A stretch of DNA of 64,000 nucleotides from a virus. The stretch spans positions 32,001 through 96,000 of IMG/VR virus record IMGVR_UViG_3300045988_109366, one strand, 5' to 3'. The notes beneath the pieces are model-generated. The model was not told where the DNA came from. It saw nothing but the letters and a program-made list of their open reading frames with translations, and did not search any database. Positions 62,443 through 64,000 of this stretch are shown piece after piece; positions within the stretch are counted from its first letter, which is position 1; each line of letters opens with the position of its first letter. Both the position numbers and the translations under genes were made by a program.

Positions 62443-63091
62443 TTTTCTTAGTCTTTTTACGTTTCTTAGATTTCTTCTTCTCCTCAGTTTTATTCTCGAC
62501 ATTTACGTCATTGCCGGCATCGGTACCAGTAACCTCAGGGGCGTTATTTTCAGGTATATCGATATGACCTGAATTAGGGTCCATCTTATCCTCCTCAACA
62601 ATAACCTCATCAGCCACATCACCATCTAAAGCCTCAGGATCAATATGATTTTCCAGATACTGGATACGATCTGACATAGCCTTATTTTGCTCCTCTATTT
62701 CCTTGTACCTTCTTCTAGCCTCATCGAGTAATTTAGATGATAGTTTATGTTTCTTCTCTATATCCATATAAGCCCGTTTAAGAGTCTCTTTCTCTTTTAC
62801 CGACTCATTATATAGCTCTCTTGATTTACTAAGCTCATTCCCCATCTTAACTATATGAGAATCCTTTGATTCTATATCCATATCAAGAGAATCCACAAGC
62901 GTATTAAGATATCTTTCTTTTTCCTCCAATTCCGTTATCTTACTACGAGCATCCTCATAATTTCTTTTTAATCTACTTGAATAGCTAATAGCTTCATCAA
63001 GATCCTGTTTTAGAGTATTTATATAACTACTCTTTACTATCTTCAATCCGAACATCCTCAACACTGTTATAAGTTTTACGAATATCGGCAT
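62435..63091 (-). CDS. coiled-coil protein with Lys-rich tail
   Basis: 218-codon ORF with long heptad-like stretches and a KKKSKKRKKTKK end. Confidence 0.55.
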   Translation of the reverse strand: MPIFVKLITVLRMFGLKIVKSSYINTLKQDLDEAISYSSRLKRNYEDARSKITELEEKERYLNTLVDSLDMDIESKDSHIVKMGNELSKSRELYNESVKEKETLKRAYMDIEKKHKLSSKLLDEARRRYKEIEEQNKAMSDRIQYLENHIDPEALDGDVADEVIVEEDKMDPNSGHIDIPENNAPEVTGTDAGNDVNVENKTEEKKKSKKRKKTKKNE

Positions 63092-63575
63092 TTATCTTAC
63101 CGACTATAATTAACTCAGCTATATGTTTATCTTTCTCGACTATAGCCATATCCTTACGGACATTAGTGACCCTGATCATGATATTCCCGTTATTAGACGA
63201 GACGAACGGTGATCCCACCAAAGTAAGTCCCGTATCGCCGGTAAACGACGGCAGCATCATCAACACCCCTATGGTATTATCCGGGAACGATGCCCACACC
63301 CCTGTGTCTATATCAAGGACATCACCCTGCCCTAATGGGAAGGCATTACCCTGCTTGATAGGAATATCCTTACCCAACGAGTTCCATGCTTTCGAGAATC
63401 TTACGGAGTTAAGGAAGATCTTTCCCTCTTTCTCCACCATCCCTACCATAGGTTCGCAATTCAATCTAACCTCGTTTTGTTTATCATCCGGCTTCTCCTC
63501 AAGCTCATCAAGATCTCTGGCTGATGTAAATGACTTACTCTCCAGAAGTTTTTTGATATCTTCAATCGTAGCCAT
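63027..63575 (-). CDS. divergent dUTPase-superfamily-like protein (weak call)
   Basis: GDVLDIDTGV, ..GDTGLTLVGSPFV.., HIAELIIV resemble dUTPase motifs I/III/IV but lack the catalytic consensus. Confidence 0.3.
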   Translation of the reverse strand: MATIEDIKKLLESKSFTSARDLDELEEKPDDKQNEVRLNCEPMVGMVEKEGKIFLNSVRFSKAWNSLGKDIPIKQGNAFPLGQGDVLDIDTGVWASFPDNTIGVLMMLPSFTGDTGLTLVGSPFVSSNNGNIMIRVTNVRKDMAIVEKDKHIAELIIVGKINADIRKTYNSVEDVRIEDSKE

Positions 63576-63576
63576 A

Positions 63577-63837
63577 CTATAATTTTATTATTAAATAAAC
63601 GATCTTCAATCCTAACTTCAAATCAGATGTCTTTTCGAACATCTCCCTAAGAGGTAAGATAGTAGCGTCAAGATCTGACGCTACCCATTCTCCATCCTTA
63701 TAATACATATTCTTTTCCTCGGAATACGCTACACAAGGTCGATGCCCTAAGTTCTTCATAACCGTATCTACCTTATTTTGGGTAGGCATCGAGACACGGT
63801 TCACTTTAGTAGATATATTAAAATTACTTTCTATCAT
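63577..63837 (-). CDS. hypothetical protein
   Basis: 86-codon ORF. Confidence 0.5.
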   Translation of the reverse strand: MIESNFNISTKVNRVSMPTQNKVDTVMKNLGHRPCVAYSEEKNMYYKDGEWVASDLDATILPLREMFEKTSDLKLGLKIVYLIIKL

Positions 63838-64000
63838 AAATCAAATTCTACATATTTATAATCAACATTATTTATCTCAAATATCTTATCCATAAATATT
63901 CTATGTTTCTCTTTAGTATCAAGAAGATTCTCACCATAAAAGAAAAATCTATTTTCATTATCCAATTTTAGATATTTATGAATACTCTTCTTGATAAAAT
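63834..64000 (-). CDS. hypothetical protein, 5' end outside window
   Basis: Frame open to the window edge. Its TGA overlaps ATG 63837 (ATGA). Confidence 0.45.
   Translation of the reverse strand, partial: FIKKSIHKYLKLDNENRFFFYGENLLDTKEKHRIFMDKIFEINNVDYKYVEFDL

Noticed and set aside
1-64000. Alternative genetic code for the whole window.
   Set aside because: Long ORFs, including the 6.4-kb one, are intact with the standard code on the expected strands. ORF-poor zones coincide with repeats and hairpins rather than with regularly spaced single stop codons.
1-64000. Integrase/attP, reverse transcriptase (DGR, retron), toxin-antitoxin modules or known defence/anti-defence operons.
   Set aside because: No ORF shows the corresponding catalytic motifs (tyrosine or serine recombinase, YxDD reverse transcriptase, and so on). 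Nothing can be called from sequence alone.

Overview
This 64-kb window is part of a tailed dsDNA phage genome. The host is most likely a member of the Bacteroidota: there are BACON/Ig-like, DUF1566-like and DUF4494-like proteins, TAnnTTTG -7 promoter boxes sit 13-27 nt upstream of several start codons, and Shine-Dalgarno sequences are almost absent. The phage may be crAss-like, but that cannot be shown from this window. Layout: (i) 1-16.4 kb is a plus-strand virion/tail module with a repeat-rich tail fibre, BACON-type proteins, a 2148-aa giant protein and a KilA-N/ANT protein. (ii) 16.5-54.2 kb is a minus-strand block of small, tightly packed genes, often coupled by ATGA start/stop overlaps. 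It encodes a DnaQ-like exonuclease, a DPPY methyltransferase, a MazG-like NTP pyrophosphatase, a DHH phosphoesterase, an SF2 helicase, two PD-(D/E)XK nucleases, a DnaB-like helicase, a Toprim primase, an HNH/NinG-like protein and an SLT-type lysin. (iii) 54.2-57.3 kb is an unusual, largely ORF-free control region with a 10-unit iteron-like array, GC-rich hairpin elements, a hairpin-dense 0.64-kb stretch and G9/G10 tracts. (iv) 57.26-58.17 kb is a small plus-strand island. (v) The rest is a minus-strand block with a dUTPase, a tRNA cluster, a papain-like peptidase and a lipoprotein. The most striking signal is a set of TnpB (RNA-guided nuclease, IS200/IS605-type accessory gene) loci. Two intact tnpB genes from different clades are bounded by the same ~24-bp inverted termini. 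A 335-bp ORF-less derivative has the same termini plus an 8-bp target-site duplication, splits a small phage gene, and keeps the omega-RNA-like 3' module with compensatory base changes. There is also an in-frame-deleted tnpB lacking RuvC-I and a 3' tnpB relic. No transposase, integrase, CRISPR array, rRNA or reverse transcriptase was seen. All functional calls rest on motif recognition by eye, without database searches.
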